Origin: Octopus bimaculoides
Taxonomy: Eukaryota
NCBI RefSeq assembly: GCF_001194135.2
Contig: NC_068994.1
Location: 60,443,909-60,505,504, forward strand
Reading direction: 5' to 3'
Length of the DNA stretch: 61,596 nt
Shown: piece after piece, positions 1 to 40,394 of the stretch
Layout of the letters: every line of letters begins with the position of its first letter
Position numbering within the stretch: position 1 is the first letter of the stretch
Made by a program: the position numbers and the translations under genes
Notes under the pieces: generated by a model
What the model was told of the DNA's origin: nothing
Seen by the model: only the letters and a program-made list of their open reading frames with translations
Databases searched by the model: none

Positions 1-19
1 ATATATACACACACACCAT

Positions 20-336
20 TAAAGTGAAAGTATCTGTCATTACAGTATCGAAATGTGATTGTTTCAGTTAGTGGATTTTTAAAGTGAAAGTATTTGACAT
101 GAGTGTTTTTGTTTCACTTTTGACACGTAATACTTAAATAGTGGAGGAGATATTATGTTGCCGTGGGCTCGAACTCTGCAAGAAGTTAAACATTTTTTTA
201 AACTAAAACACAACTGGAACCCTAAGTAAGGCATGTGTAAAATTTGAATGAAATCGGTTGCGTAGTTCTCGAGTTTTAGGGATTCACACACACACACACA
301 CAGACAGACACACATTCTCATTTTTATATATATAGA
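20..336 (-). mobile_element. Non-autonomous Helitron-like element, 5' part
   Basis: Minus strand begins A|TCTATATATATAAAAATGAGAATG followed by a (GT)n tract, a layout typical of invertebrate non-autonomous Helitron-like repeats. Confidence 0.45.
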
Positions 337-733
337 TGAATACACACACCTGCATTAGGCATTGTATTTGTGTTTGAGTGTATGCATAAATATATGTGTG
401 TATGAAACCAAATGATACAGAAACTTCAATCCCATGGATTCATGCCATGGACCAAGTTTGATGTCAAAATATTTGAAAAATATGCAAAACTCCACAATTA
501 TGTACACAAACGTAGTAAAGTGCTAGAAAGTAAGAAATATAAGATGTGGGATTTTAACATTCAGACAGAGTAGAAACTAGAAGGGCAGATTTAGTAGTAG
601 TAGTAGACAAAGAGAATAGAAAGTTTAATATGTTGCATGGATATGAAATAACAAGAATAATAATGATATAAAGGGAAGATCAGGAATGTTACAGAGACAT
701 CTTTTAACAATATAAGAGATGTCCCTGTCACTA

Positions 734-27591
<26,858 letters not shown>

Positions 27592-27850
27592 TCTGCCTGA
27601 TGATATAGTAATATAATTGCATAATACAGACGGTGTATTTCTTTGATTTGTTACTTTCTTTCTTTGTTTCTGTTTCGCTTGTTTTTTTCAGAAGAAACAA
27701 AACAATTCTCGATCGCTGCTTCGCCGTCCAACACAGAAATCGCCTGGGCACAAATGGCGGTAAAAAAAAAACGAAAAAAGGTCGCTTACGTTCTAGAAAA
27801 ATATGGCGGGAGGGGTAGTGAAACTGAGATTCTACGGTGACTCTATGGAA
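27592..27850 (-). promoter_or_regulatory. SMC3 5'-UTR/promoter region, CpG-enriched, with two YY1-like motifs and a possible 5'-UTR intron
   Basis: CCGCCATATT (27800-27809) and CCGCCATTTG (27751-27760) on the minus strand; CpG density well above flanks; donor GTAAGC at 27789 and CAG acceptors at 27597 and 27593. Confidence 0.55.
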
Positions 27851-28224
27851 TGTGTACCTTGATAAATAAACACTGCAAGGGGAATAAATTCAACCTGCCA
27901 ACCGATAGCTTGCATTTCGTTAACGACGCTCCTCTGAACATCCGAAATGTTGGACGTTTTGTTGTTTTAAAGGGTTTTCTTTTGTCTAGTGACAGTTTTG
28001 CTGCCTGCAGCGGCTTTGTTGACGCTTTTCTTCATTGTTTGAAAGGGGAAGCGCGGGTTTTACATTGTTCATTTTACTGTCTTCTTGTGTTTTATTCTAT
28101 GTACTTTCATGGCCTTTCTTTATTTGACTTATTACTATGTTGTCCCCTCTTTTATTCTTTTCCGATGGGTTGTGGAACACCTGAGCTCTGTTTTCAATGA
28201 GCTTGTTTTTATTATTATTCTATA

Positions 28225-28410
28225 AAGCAGGCAAGATGCTTAGTGGCATTTTGTCAGTTTTTATGCTCTGAGTTCAAATTCCACCAGGGTCAACTTTGAT
28301 TTTTATCCTTTCGAGGTTGATAAAATAAGTACCATTTGAACACTGGGGTCCATGTAGACTTATCCCCTTCTCCGATACTGCTGGCTCTGTATCAAAATTT
28401 GAAGTCATTA
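28225..28410 (+). mobile_element. SINE fragment (second family)
   Basis: GAGTTCAAATTCC B-box-like motif and GATAAAATAAGTACC core, also seen at 60940-61190. Confidence 0.5.
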
Positions 28411-30789
28411 TCATTCTATAAAGCATCCACTGTAGCAACATCAATATTAGAATAAGATCCACTAAATATTTTTATTATATTCCCAGTTTTGACATAAGTT
28501 GTTTATACTACATGTGGATGACACCGTGTTGGTTTGGTTAGAAATTGAACTCAAAATCTAGAGGTATGAAACTACATAGAATAATACATTCAGTATGGTG
28601 CGCTACTTGTACAAGAAATTGTTTAATAAACTGATTAGCTTATATCTGTAAATTTTACTTGCTTTCACTTTGAAAATCATTCAGTTTACAAGAACTATCT
28701 CATGTTGTTATATTAAGTGTTTCAGTCATTCAAATGTAGATACACAAATTTAAAGTTTTGATCATCAACCACCAAACACCAGAAGGGAAGACTTGCCTTC
28801 ACCTTTCAGACCAATCAACTTCTGTGACTAGTCAGCAGACATGTCTATGCCACTACCATTGGGTCCACTCAGTGACTGAGAAGGATGCTATATTAACAAG
28901 TATTATAAAAGAGCTTACTAATTGGAATTATCGGTGGCAGTTGTTGAGTATGTAGCCTAAGCCAAAGTGACAGGGACATGACATGGACCTTAGCCACTGC
29001 TTGAGATACAGTACTAGGTCTTAATGCATGGCGAACGTAGAAGTTACATTTCCACCAGTTGTCATGGCAGTGATAGTCACATCAGACAGGGCTGATATAA
29101 ACAGTCTGGGAATGAAATCATCAATCCCAAAACCAGCAGGTAGAAATCCTGTAATCTAGATACAGCTCTACATAACAATAACCATTCCACTTATCATACT
29201 TCCAAGTAGTAGAGCCGCAGTGAAGTCCACACAAGAAATACTGTAACTTCACCAGACAGCCTTTTACCAACAATCCAGATCACATACTTTTTCTAACCAA
29301 GTTTTTATCAATGACACTGAACTTTTTATTATTTTTTTTTACCTGTATATATGCTTTATTCCCTACATTCTATAGGTACATTGTATACAGACATGCACAC
29401 ATATTTATTTTGCAGGTATTTTCCTTCAGCCATTAGTACAAACAAGAGTGGAGGAAAGAATACTCAATACTAGCAGTAGAGCAACATATACACAATTGGA
29501 AGGTGGAAAACATCACAAAACATGTCTCGGGTCTTTCTTATAGAGATCAGTAAGCTCCCAGAAGCTGGTGGTTAATGATGTAGACAGGTGTCTGGTGGAG
29601 AAGATAAAAGCAGAGACTGACTGGTGTCAGATACATCATTGCCAAAGATGAGATGCATGTGGTCAGTGACGTGTGCCAAAGACCTAGAACAATCAAGAAC
29701 TGTCTTTCTTATAGAGATCAGTAAGCTCCCAGAAGCTGGTGGTTAATTTCCCATGTAAGGAAAAATGAACTGTTGCACCAACATGATTGGATAGCTGGAA
29801 ACTGAGCAATACAAACAAACAGGTTTGTTTAATCACAAGGTCATTGACCTGCTGGAATGAAAATGAAAAGCAACATGCTATCTATCCTCTTTACTCATGT
29901 ATAATGCGAGACATTTTACACAAAATATGATTTGTGTAGTCACACTGTATTCAATAGTCTTTGATAGGTTCCAAAGCCAAGTGGAAGGCTTTCGGATTGG
30001 CCAACTGTGGAGGGAACGAGGAAGATGTGAAATGAGGTGGTGAAATATGATCTTCAGATGTTGAACCTCACAGAGGTAATGACAAGTGATTGAGACTTTT
30101 GATGATTTGCAGTGCTTGAGAAGACACAGCGAGCTAAGAGAAACTGTAGTCATGGCCAGTGCCAGTCACAGGTGAAGGGTACTTATGTTGAAGACATGGA
30201 AAAGACAACTTGTACATTCTGTGAAATGGTTGGCATGTTAGGAAAGGGGTATCCAGACATAGGAACCAATCTGAAACTGACTGGATCCTGGTGCAGCTTA
30301 CTAGCTCTAGTCAAACTGTCCCTTACCCATGCTAGTAAGGAAAATGGATGCTAAATGATGATTTTAGTTTCTTAGTCAAAGCTCTTTCGTCACACATCCT
30401 ATGACCTCTTTAGCAACACTATTCCATGTCTCCTTGTGTTCTGCTTATTTCATTTTCTCTTTCTGTGCATGTGTTTGCACATGGATCAGTGAGTGTGTGT
30501 TTGTTTGCATGTCTGTGTGTTTAGTATATATGTTTTGTGTGCATGTATATGGATGTTACTATTCCATTTATGTTTTCAGTTGAGGCTTGGTCTGTATACT
30601 TCTATGTGTGTGGCCTCCATAATCTGTGTGAGTGTCATGTCTGTTCTATGTGTTGATAATATCTTAACATCTACATTATTAACTGAGCTTCCATATTCTA
30701 ATTGAGCATTTTAGTAGAGCACTGATGAGCATTTCTCCTCCTTGGCCTCTTGCCAGTTTTCACCTGTCCACTCAATCTAAGGTACTCAC

Positions 30790-32075
30790 TGTCTTCCCAT
30801 TGTATGTCATTGTCTTATTTATGCACCATCCTTCAATACACCTTATACTCTTTGAAGAGAATGACTTGCTAACTGACACCCAGCATGGTTTCCGTCCAGG
30901 TAGAAACTGCCTCACACAGCTCTTGCAGCATTATGACTGGGTCCTGAAGCAGCTGCTCAACAATTTAAATGTGGACGTGACATACTTGGACTTTGCAAAA
31001 GTCTTTGACAAAGTCAACCATGGTATGATTTGTCACAAGCTCTGAAATCTTGGCATACTTGGAAAACTTGGAGAATGGCTATATGACTTTCTAAAAGATA
31101 AAGGTCAGGTAGTGGTGGTCAATGGGGCCACATCCAAGAAAACACAAATAACGAGTGGTCCACAGGGCACTGTCCTGGAGCCACTGTTATTCATAATGTC
31201 CTCAGCTATGCAGACGATACAAAAGGCTCTCAGAGAATACAGAACCCTGGAGATGTGCATCTGCAACGTGAGTTGGGCCTAATATATAGGTAGGCTGAGG
31301 AAAGTAACATGCAGTTTAATATTGGAAAATTCCAAACTCTGCACTACCAACACAGGAAGCTCAATGAAAAACAAATAGGATACACTGGTCCAGGAGGAAT
31401 TCCAATCCCCAAATCAAAATCAGTGCACAACTTGGGCATCGACATGGGTAATGATGCATCTTTCCAGGTGCACAAAACCAAGTTGGCAATAAAATGCTGA
31501 CGTCTGGCCAGGTGAATCCTTCAAACTTTCAAAACAAAACAAAAGGAAACTATGATGGTCCCCTGGAGGACTTTTGTTCTCAACCATCTGGATTACTGCT
31601 TGCAACTGTGGTCACCAAACATTGTAAACTTAATGACAGAACTCAAGGTGATGCAGGGAACATCAATACAATGGGACATATCAGCTACTGGGAGAGACTG
31701 AAAGAGTTAAGACTCTGCTCCCTGGAGAGTGAAGGCGGGAAAGATATGCAGTGATATACATCTGGAAAATCCTAGAAAAACTTGTACCAAACTTTGGCAT
31801 TGTCATTTACGCAAATAGCTGGATGGGGCACTACTCTCATGGTACCAAAGGTCTCAACATTGCCATCAGGACACAGGACCAGATACTGCAACTACTTGGG
31901 CTTCAAAGGCTCACAGCTCTTCAATATCCTCCGACAAAGTCTAAGAGACCAGCATGGTGTGGATGTTGGCTTTTCCAAAAGAAAACTACATCTCCTATCA
32001 AGAGTTCTGGATGAACCTACCTCTAGGCAAGAAATACAAATGAGGGCAGCAACATCAAATTCCCACATCCACTAA
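30790..32075 (+). mobile_element. Degenerate CR1/Jockey-group LINE reverse-transcriptase region
   Basis: QHGFRPGRNCLTQLL...YLDFAKVFDKVNH, GPQGTVL.PLLF and YADDTK motifs with stops; second fragment at about 43430-43780. Confidence 0.8.
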
Positions 32076-32079
32076 ATGT

Positions 32080-32830
32080 CATTTATCGGAGGAGTTTAAG
32101 TGACACTGTAGCAAAGCAAACATTGGTGCCCCAGCATGGCTGCAGTCCTTGGATTGAAATTTAGAGAAAAAGATGTGGGGAAGATACAGTGTTGGGGCAT
32201 AGTCATAAACCAATGGTTTTAGGATCCGATTTTTGCAGAGATGGATGGATCTTCTCAAGTACAGCATATTCCCAATCACCTAAGTCATATATCATCTCCT
32301 TTGTGAGGCTCAGCACCTGGAAGTCAGTCTTCACTATTTTACATCCCACACAATCATAGGCCCTCTTCCACAGGTTCCATTTCCATTTAACAATTGGCAC
32401 TTCTTTATGCAGCTGTTCTCATCCATAAGTATCATACAACCATACTAACACAGTCTTCTCTCTTCTACGCTACATCCAATTTTTCATGTGCAATTTTTCT
32501 CTCAGCACATTTGCACATCTAGTAAAACATTCAAGCTTCATTCTTTTCTTTGCATTCACGGACTTGCTGTCCACATACAAGTATTGCACACTCGGCCTCT
32601 CACTCTGAGAAAGAACTTTTGTTACTAACAGAGGCAATAGCTCTCTGAGCTTTCTCCAGCAGATTCTTATTCTAGCAACTCTATTTTCAGAACATCCCCA
32701 TCCACTGCTAATTAGGTTGATGAAATAACTGTAACTTTGTCCATTAACTTTCCAGGGACTCCTCTGCACATCTTGTGTGTCCATATCTTGCACTTGGTAC
32801 ACTGCAGAGAATTTCTATGCACACATTTTC
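32080..32830 (-). mobile_element. Degenerate RTE fragment
   Basis: SSGWGCSENRVARIRICWRKLRELLPLL homology. Confidence 0.7.
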
Positions 32831-34419
32831 TACATATTGAACAGAACCATTTTCCTGAAGGGAACAGCATTCTGTCAGTTTCATTGCTTTCGATGCTAAG
32901 TTGACTTTAAGACTCTTTGATTTCAGGTTTGCTCCTACACCAGGAATTGCTTTTCTAATTATACTAGAGGTTCAACTATAACACACACACACACACACAT
33001 AAAATACATTGTGACATATTCATGTGTGGTTGAAACTACAGTAGAGGAAAGGGATTCACTAAGTCTGGTTTTTAAAACTAAAGCAGAAGAATGGATATTT
33101 GTGATGAAAACAAATTAGTTGAGGCAAATACTGAAGGTTGAAAAAATTGTTTAGCTCAAGTCAGTTCTGACTCAACAGACCTCTGATCAAAGACGTTTCA
33201 TCTGTGACCATCCCAACATTTTCCTTTGTGGAGATCAAATATACTCTTTTTTTTAAATAGTAGGGTGTAATTTGAAGGGGATTTAATTATTGCACACAAT
33301 GTTTCTATTTCCAAAATAAAATATCTCAAATATTTCCTTAGAAATTCCTAAATGCTAAATAAATGAAAGCAAAGAAAGTCAAAGTAACAGAATATGGGGG
33401 TGGAGATGGGGTAATAAACATTTTGAAATTCACATTTGAAATTTGATCCACAGTGAAAAACATTTTTCTTGAACAAATTTCTTTTTACGAAAGCTTAATT
33501 GCAAAATGAAATTTTTGAAGAATGATATAAATTTCAAAATAACAACGACTACCATTTTTGTTTATATTTTTTATTTAAATATCTAAAATTCCATATTCTG
33601 TATAATACTTTTATAGAATATGTCAACAACAGAGTAGAAGAGAAATGAGAATCAAACCTAACAAATTGTGAAGATTAAGTATAATCAGAGAAGGTAGGAG
33701 AGGCCATTTGTTTATTACAGTGAAGTAGGTGAGAATTATAAAGGTGAGCCATAGACAAGGGAGCAGCTATTATAGAGATGGAGAAGGAAGAAGGAACTAT
33801 AAAAGAAAGAGGAATGGTAGAAGTAAAAAAACTACATAAAAATGAGAAATTTCGGTTAGTTAAAATATGTTTGACATATTTCGACTTCTAAAGGCAGATG
33901 CACTGCAGTTACCATGGAGAAAGAATTCTCTCTTATGATAAAAGGTGTAAAGATACCATATCTGCCAGTGCTGCCTCATGTCAGATTTCGGGATGCATTT
34001 CTAGCTGTTACATCATTATCAATGGGAAATACCGAAGAGAGGCAACTCTGGACATACATAATTAAAGCTGTAGCTTTAACAAAAACACAGTCAACAATAT
34101 TGACTGGGTTGCGTTTTTAGACCACCAGGTTGGAAGAAATTCAGCAAAAGCTATGACTTTAATTAAATCTGTCCAGAGTTGCCTCTCTTTGGTATTTCCC
34201 ATTGATAACGGTTAAAGAGCTAGAAACACATCTGAGAATCCAACAGGAGATAGCATTGGACAAATATGGTGTGTCTACATCTTTTTACCATAAGAGAGAA
34301 CTTTTTAATCCATGGTAACTGCAGTAAATTTGCCTTTAAAGGTTGAAATATGTCACAAACATATTTTAACTACCCTAAAGTTCACTTATGCGAAAACACT
34401 GCTTGATGCTGATACATGA

Positions 34420-34465
<46 letters not shown>

Positions 34466-34835
34466 CAAGAGTGAGATAGAGAAAAAGGGTGCAAAAGTAA
34501 AAAGGCTACAAAATGAAAATTAAAAAGTAAAGAAAGTAGAAATAGAATAAAAGATAAAAAAAAGATACATCAAAGTAGAGAGTGAAGAAGGGTGTTTGTG
34601 TGATGAATCTTAACTGCAGATTCTAAGGTTAAGTATACAAAGAGAAAAAAGAAAGAAGTAATGAATGGAAGACAAAGGAAAATTTAGTAAAAAAAAAAAC
34701 ACATATACAAAAAGACAAAAAGGTCACTTACTGTAGAATAAATTCTAAGCTGCCAGTTCATAATATGTGAGTGTGTGTGAGTGCATGTGTGTGTGTGTGT
34801 GTGTTTCGTAATTTAATTCTATTGATCATTAGAAT

Positions 34836-34841
34836 TTTATT
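34836..34841 (-). terminator. Candidate proximal polyadenylation signal of the SH3D19-like gene
   Basis: AATAAA on the minus strand about 70 nt after the stop codon; further AATAAA at 33711-33716. Confidence 0.4.
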
Positions 34842-34909
34842 GGGAGAGGGAAGTGTATAATTCTTTATAAGTCTTTTCTCTTTGGGTATGTAGGGGTCAC
34901 AAAGTTATA

Positions 34910-35035
34910 TCAGGGGTTTGAAATAGGGGCTGATACAAAATTAGTTGGAAAAATTCCAGTTTGAGAATTGAGAGTTCCTTGACTCCAGCCTGGGCAGCTC
35001 TTCACTTCACCAAGACAGAAAATCAGATCACCAGC
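34910..35035 (-). CDS. SH3D19: SH3D19-like terminal coding exon (AGDLIFCLGEVKSCPGWSQGTLNSQTGIFPTNFVSAPISNP*)
   Basis: 126 nt, ttttctag acceptor, TGA at 34912-34910; completes the last SH3. Confidence 0.9.
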   Translation of the reverse strand, partial: AGDLIFCLGEVKSCPGWSQGTLNSQTGIFPTNFVSAPISNP

Positions 35036-38000
35036 CTAGAAAAAAGAAGAAAATGTATATATCATATTTTAGTTGAAAAGGTGTTAAGGATCCATGCAAA
35101 TCAAAGGCTATAGATAAAAAGTAAAGCGAAAACAGCATGGATCCTTTGAATTACAATAATCTAAGACAGATGATGAGGAGGAGGATGACATATAGACATA
35201 ATACACATCGAAAGCTGAACTGTAAGGAAGATGGTTGTATTACAGAACTTGTCAAACCAATAATAACAGTGAAATAGGGATGATGACTTAACATAGTATA
35301 CATATCATCATCATCATCATCATCATCATCATAGTATACATATGTACAAATATATATTTATAGCTGGAACACTTAGCTCACTGATGCGGGAAAGTGCAGC
35401 ACAATGACATACTCAATGTTCCTGAATGAAAGTTGGCAATACTGAAATTTAAATCATATCCAAATCTATGAATAACTGTTTCCCTGCCCTTCCTACACCT
35501 ACGCCATCCATAAACACTTACCTCAAATGACAGCTCATCTTCAGCTATTCCTTTAAAATCAAAAAGGGCTTTAACAACTTCGTATGTTGGTGCTATATTG
35601 TCTTCATTATCTTCTGCAAAAGAAGATGGCATAGAAGAAGAGAAAACAAATTTTTTTCAAGTTCAAATACCACAAGTTATACAAATACATACATGCACAC
35701 AGACACACACACACGTTTATATGTATACATATACATATATGCAGGTGTGTGTATGCATATACATATATAGATATATACCAGAGTAAGCGCATAAATGTGA
35801 AACAAGGTGGAAAGAATAGTACTCGAATACCGGAGGTAGAGTAATATGCTTTATTAATAAAGCTGCAAAGACATCACAAAAATTGTTACTCAGAGTTTCA
35901 CGTTCCCATTCATCGGCCCAACGAACAGCAACGTGAAACTCTGAATAACAGTTTTTGTGATGATGTTGCAGCTTTATTAATAAAGTATATAAATAAATAA
36001 ATATATATATATATATATATANNNNNNNNNNNNNNNNNNNNNNNNNNNNNNNNNNNNNNNNNNNNNNNNNNNNNNNNNNNNNNNNNNNNNNNNNNNNNNN
36101 NNNNNNNNNNNNNNNNNNNNNNNNNNNNNNNNNNNNNNNNNNNNNNNNNNNNNNNNNNNNNNNNNNNNNNNNNNNNNNNNNNNNNNNNNNNNNNNNNNNN
36201 NNNNNNNNNNNNNNNNNNNNCAGTGGAATCACAGGTAGATTAACAGACAGAGTAGTCTTTGTATGTGTAGGAACAATAAGCACTAAGAGCACACAGGAAT
36301 TAGATTCTCTGAAATGGCCAAGCGGCTCTCTTGAGGTTCTAGATAGTTTCTGTTACCTAGGTGACCAAATTATCAATGGTGGAGGATGCATTGAAAGTAT
36401 TGTTTCTAGAATAAGAATTGGGTGGAAGAAGTTCAGAGAGCCATTACCTGTGTTGGCAACAAAAGAACTCTCTCTCAGAATGAAAGGTAGACTATATGAT
36501 GCTTGTGTACAAACGGCTATACTCCATGGTAGTGAGACATGAGCTCTGAATGCAGAAGACATGTGTAGACTGGAGAGAAACGAAGGTTGTATACTCCATT
36601 TGATGTGCACATATACAGCAAAGTGCAAATGTATTGAGAGAAAAGTTGGGCAAAAGAGGAATCAAATGTAGCAAGCAAGAGAGAAGACTACATTGGTTTG
36701 GACATGTGATGTGTATGAATGAGGACAGCTGCGTAAAGAAGTGCTGATCAATGAAAGTGGATGGTACCCGTGGAAGAGGGAGGCCCAGGAAGACATGAGA
36801 TGAAGTGGTAAGGACTGATTTCAGGAAGTTGGACCTCACAAAGGAAATTACCATGAACCGAGATGTTTGGCAATATGAAGTTCTTGAGAAGACCCACCCA
36901 CGTCAGCAAAACTGAGTTCTAGAAGCACTGTGTGTCCCACATAACAAGAAAACTTCTCACACACTCAACCACAACAAACCAAACTGTCTCTGCATCTCTT
37001 CTCTTCCTCACATTTACATTTCATGCACTATGCTTACCTCCCACTCCCCAATCCTGTCCTCTTGGCCCTGTGTCACTGTATCATTGCTCTCTGCTAGACT
37101 CTGACCTGTGTGTTCTACATACATGTCCTGTCTCACTGTATCGCTGCTATCTGCTAGCCCCGGCCTGCGTGTTCCAACCACACATAACAAAACTTTTCAC
37201 ACATCTTACCCCAACAAACCAATCTATATCTCTTCTCTTCTTCACATTTCCTCCTTCATACACTATACCTACCTCTCACTTCCCAATCCTGTCCTCACAG
37301 CCCTGTTCCTCTCTACCTAATTAATTGAGTTATGACCCTTTCTATGACTTTCATCACTTGGTCCAGCAATTTAATGCCTCTAATTATTACTGTCTAAGGC
37401 ATCACTTTTGCCTTTGTAGCCCTTGACTACAATGCTGCTACACCAATCATTGGGTATGACTCTCTCATGGGTTACCTGATGGGCCGGGGGCTTTCCCTGT
37501 CATGGTATCCTTAATTGCTTTGTCTACCAAGCTACTGTCAATTCAGATAGCTGGTCCCTCAGTTGAGTCTACATTTGACTGACTCTCCTTCTCCCATTCA
37601 TTCTCCACATTTAGCAGCCTTTTATAATGGCATTTCCAAGCTTCTTTCTTTGCAGAATCATTAAATGCAAGTAAACAATCGTCCATATGGACACATTTCT
37701 CTCCTATGCCTTCACAATTTTCTCTCACACACTGTCTTGCAATCTAAAACACTTCAAATTTCTGGTTCTCAGCATCACAGAACATTGACAAACTTCTTTT
37801 TCTGCTTCTTCCCTGACTAAATATACCTGTCTCCTAGCTTCCCTTCTGGCTACCTGATACAGTTCCCTACTACCGTTACACTTCCAGGCTTGTTTCTTTT
37901 CTCTAATGTCCCTGTCAATGTCATCTTAGGTCAAGAAGGGGCTTTGGACCAGCCACAGATCTGGTCAGTAGCCCTCAGTAGATTGTCCTGTAGGAACCAC

Positions 38001-39873
38001 CAGTTGTCCTCCATATTAAATGTCGCTATATCCTCCTTTTTTATGTCAAATGCTTCAAGTTACATGTCTCTAAATCTCTGACCGTTCAGAGGATCCTTAA
38101 GCTTCCAGACATTTCTTTTTCCATACTGATTCTCTTCTAGGCAGCCACTTAGCCCTGATCCTGAAGTCGCTAACAACTAACCTACGTTATTGGGTGCATT
38201 CCTCACCTGGGAAAGTTTTGGCATCTATAAGTAGCCATCTTTCCTGTTTTCTGGCAAGAATGTAGTCAATCTGACTAGTGTGCCCACCAGATTGATAGGT
38301 GAACAAGTGACTGGCAAGTTTCCTGAGATTAGTATTGCAGATCATAAGATCATTTTCCTCACAGAACTCCAGCAGCTTGGTTTCCTCCTCCTTATGGGAA
38401 CCAAATCCATTGCCACCGGCACACCATGGAAACCACCCAGATGTTGTCCAACATGCCCTTTGAACTAACCAGCCACAAGAAGGTCCCTGTCATTCATTGA
38501 CAAGGTAGTCTGCAAAAGAGAGTCATAAAATCTGTCTTTCTGTTCATGAGGTAATCCCAGCTGAGTGGCATATGCCAAGATAATGGTTGCTGTTCCACTT
38601 CACAAAACTAGTTTAAGATTAAGTATTCTATCACAGACTTTTGACTATCTCAATTACCTTCTCAACCCATTTCTCAACAAGAAGTATGCTCATGACCCCA
38701 ATCTCATCACTGTTCACTACTCAGAAGATTTTATATCTATACTCTTTGCCTGTGAGGAACCTAGCAGAACCTCCTCTCCACCTTACTTCTTGGATGTAAT
38801 ACACATCGACATGGCGACAATCAAGCATCTCAATACTCTCACCAGACCTACTTTTCAATAGGCCCACATTGAGTGTACCAACTCTGAGGGTATGGAAGGT
38901 GTGGGCCAAGGGATGGGTGACAGTATTTTGCCTCTGCAAAGAAAGCCCGTATGTACATTTGGCAGACATATCATATAAGTACAAATAGGTTTCAACTTGC
39001 AGTTATTGTTGTTTTATTTGCTCACCATGGTTACCTGGACATTGCCACTACATAGAGATGGAAGGAGGGGTGAGAGCATTCTGTATAAGTATTGGATAGG
39101 GGTTCTAGGAGAAAGACTTCTTGGTAGGGGTTCAAGGAGTAAGACTTTTGATAGAAGTTTGAGGAGAAAGACTTCTGGTACAGGTGTTGGTGGTGGGCTG
39201 GGTGGGTGTACCATGAATGACCAAACATTACAGCTGCCCTATTCTGTAGGTAAAGTCATGTAAAATATCCAAACCAACAAAGCAAAAGCCACTATTTAAC
39301 ACATAGCATGGAAAAGGCAAGGATAATATGAGCAAGATAAAATAAAGTGGGTAACAAAGAGATTAAATTTTTGAGAATTGAAGCTATGGGAGAAGAAAGC
39401 AGAATTCAAAATTTGGATTTCTTAACTTTACTATAACATACAGCATGGAAATGAATGACGTTTTATAGGTGAATAAACAAATATATAAATAACAACAACA
39501 AGAGCACTGACAGAGCGCAAGCCTCTGCCAAAGCAACACCTATCTCCTTTCACTGATTAGCCAGAGATGATTTTTAAAATGAGAATATCTGAAACAAACT
39601 CAACTGCTCTCACAAACGAGAATACTGAAAATGAACCCAATCGCTCTCAAAAATTAAGTAAAAAAAAAGGAAAAGTAATCCAGAATCCTTGTCCAGTACT
39701 GGATCAATCTCAAAATCTAATCAGTTCATACCAGTCATGAGGCCAAACATCTCTGAAAATTTAATCCGAATCTGTCCAGTGGTTCTTGAGGTATCTTGTC
39801 CACGGACAAACAAACAAACACAACTGAAACAATACCTCCACCTTTGCAAGGCAGAGGTAATAATAATAATAAC

Positions 39874-39906
<33 letters not shown>

Positions 39907-40340
39907 TAATAATAATAACAATAATAATAATAACAATAATAATAATAATAGTTGTCAAAGATCATGAAGGAAAAAAATGCCTTCTAATTGATGTTTCAAT
40001 ACCAGCAGATGACAACGTTTCTCTAAAAGAAATGGAAAAACTTTCAAAATACAAAGACCTGGAAATAGAGATAACTCGAATGTGGAATCTAAAAACAGAA
40101 ACAATTCCTATCATAGTAGGTGCCTTAGGTATAATAAAAAAATATTCAGACAAATACATAACAAAAACACCAGGACTTACAAATATATATAACATACAGA
40201 AAATTGCACTACTGGGTACTGCACACATTCTACGCAAAACACTTTCAATACAGTAAACATAAGAGCACCACAGCACATACCCAAGGCGCACAGAGCTGCG
40301 CTCGGTAGTGAAGTGAAAGCACGTTATAAAAATAAAACTA

Positions 40341-40394
<54 letters not shown>

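Noticed and set aside
34732-34749. 18-nt microexon-like segment with a strong GTAAGT donor
   Set aside because: It lies 3' of the SH3D19-like stop codon and beyond the proximal AATAAA; no evidence for use
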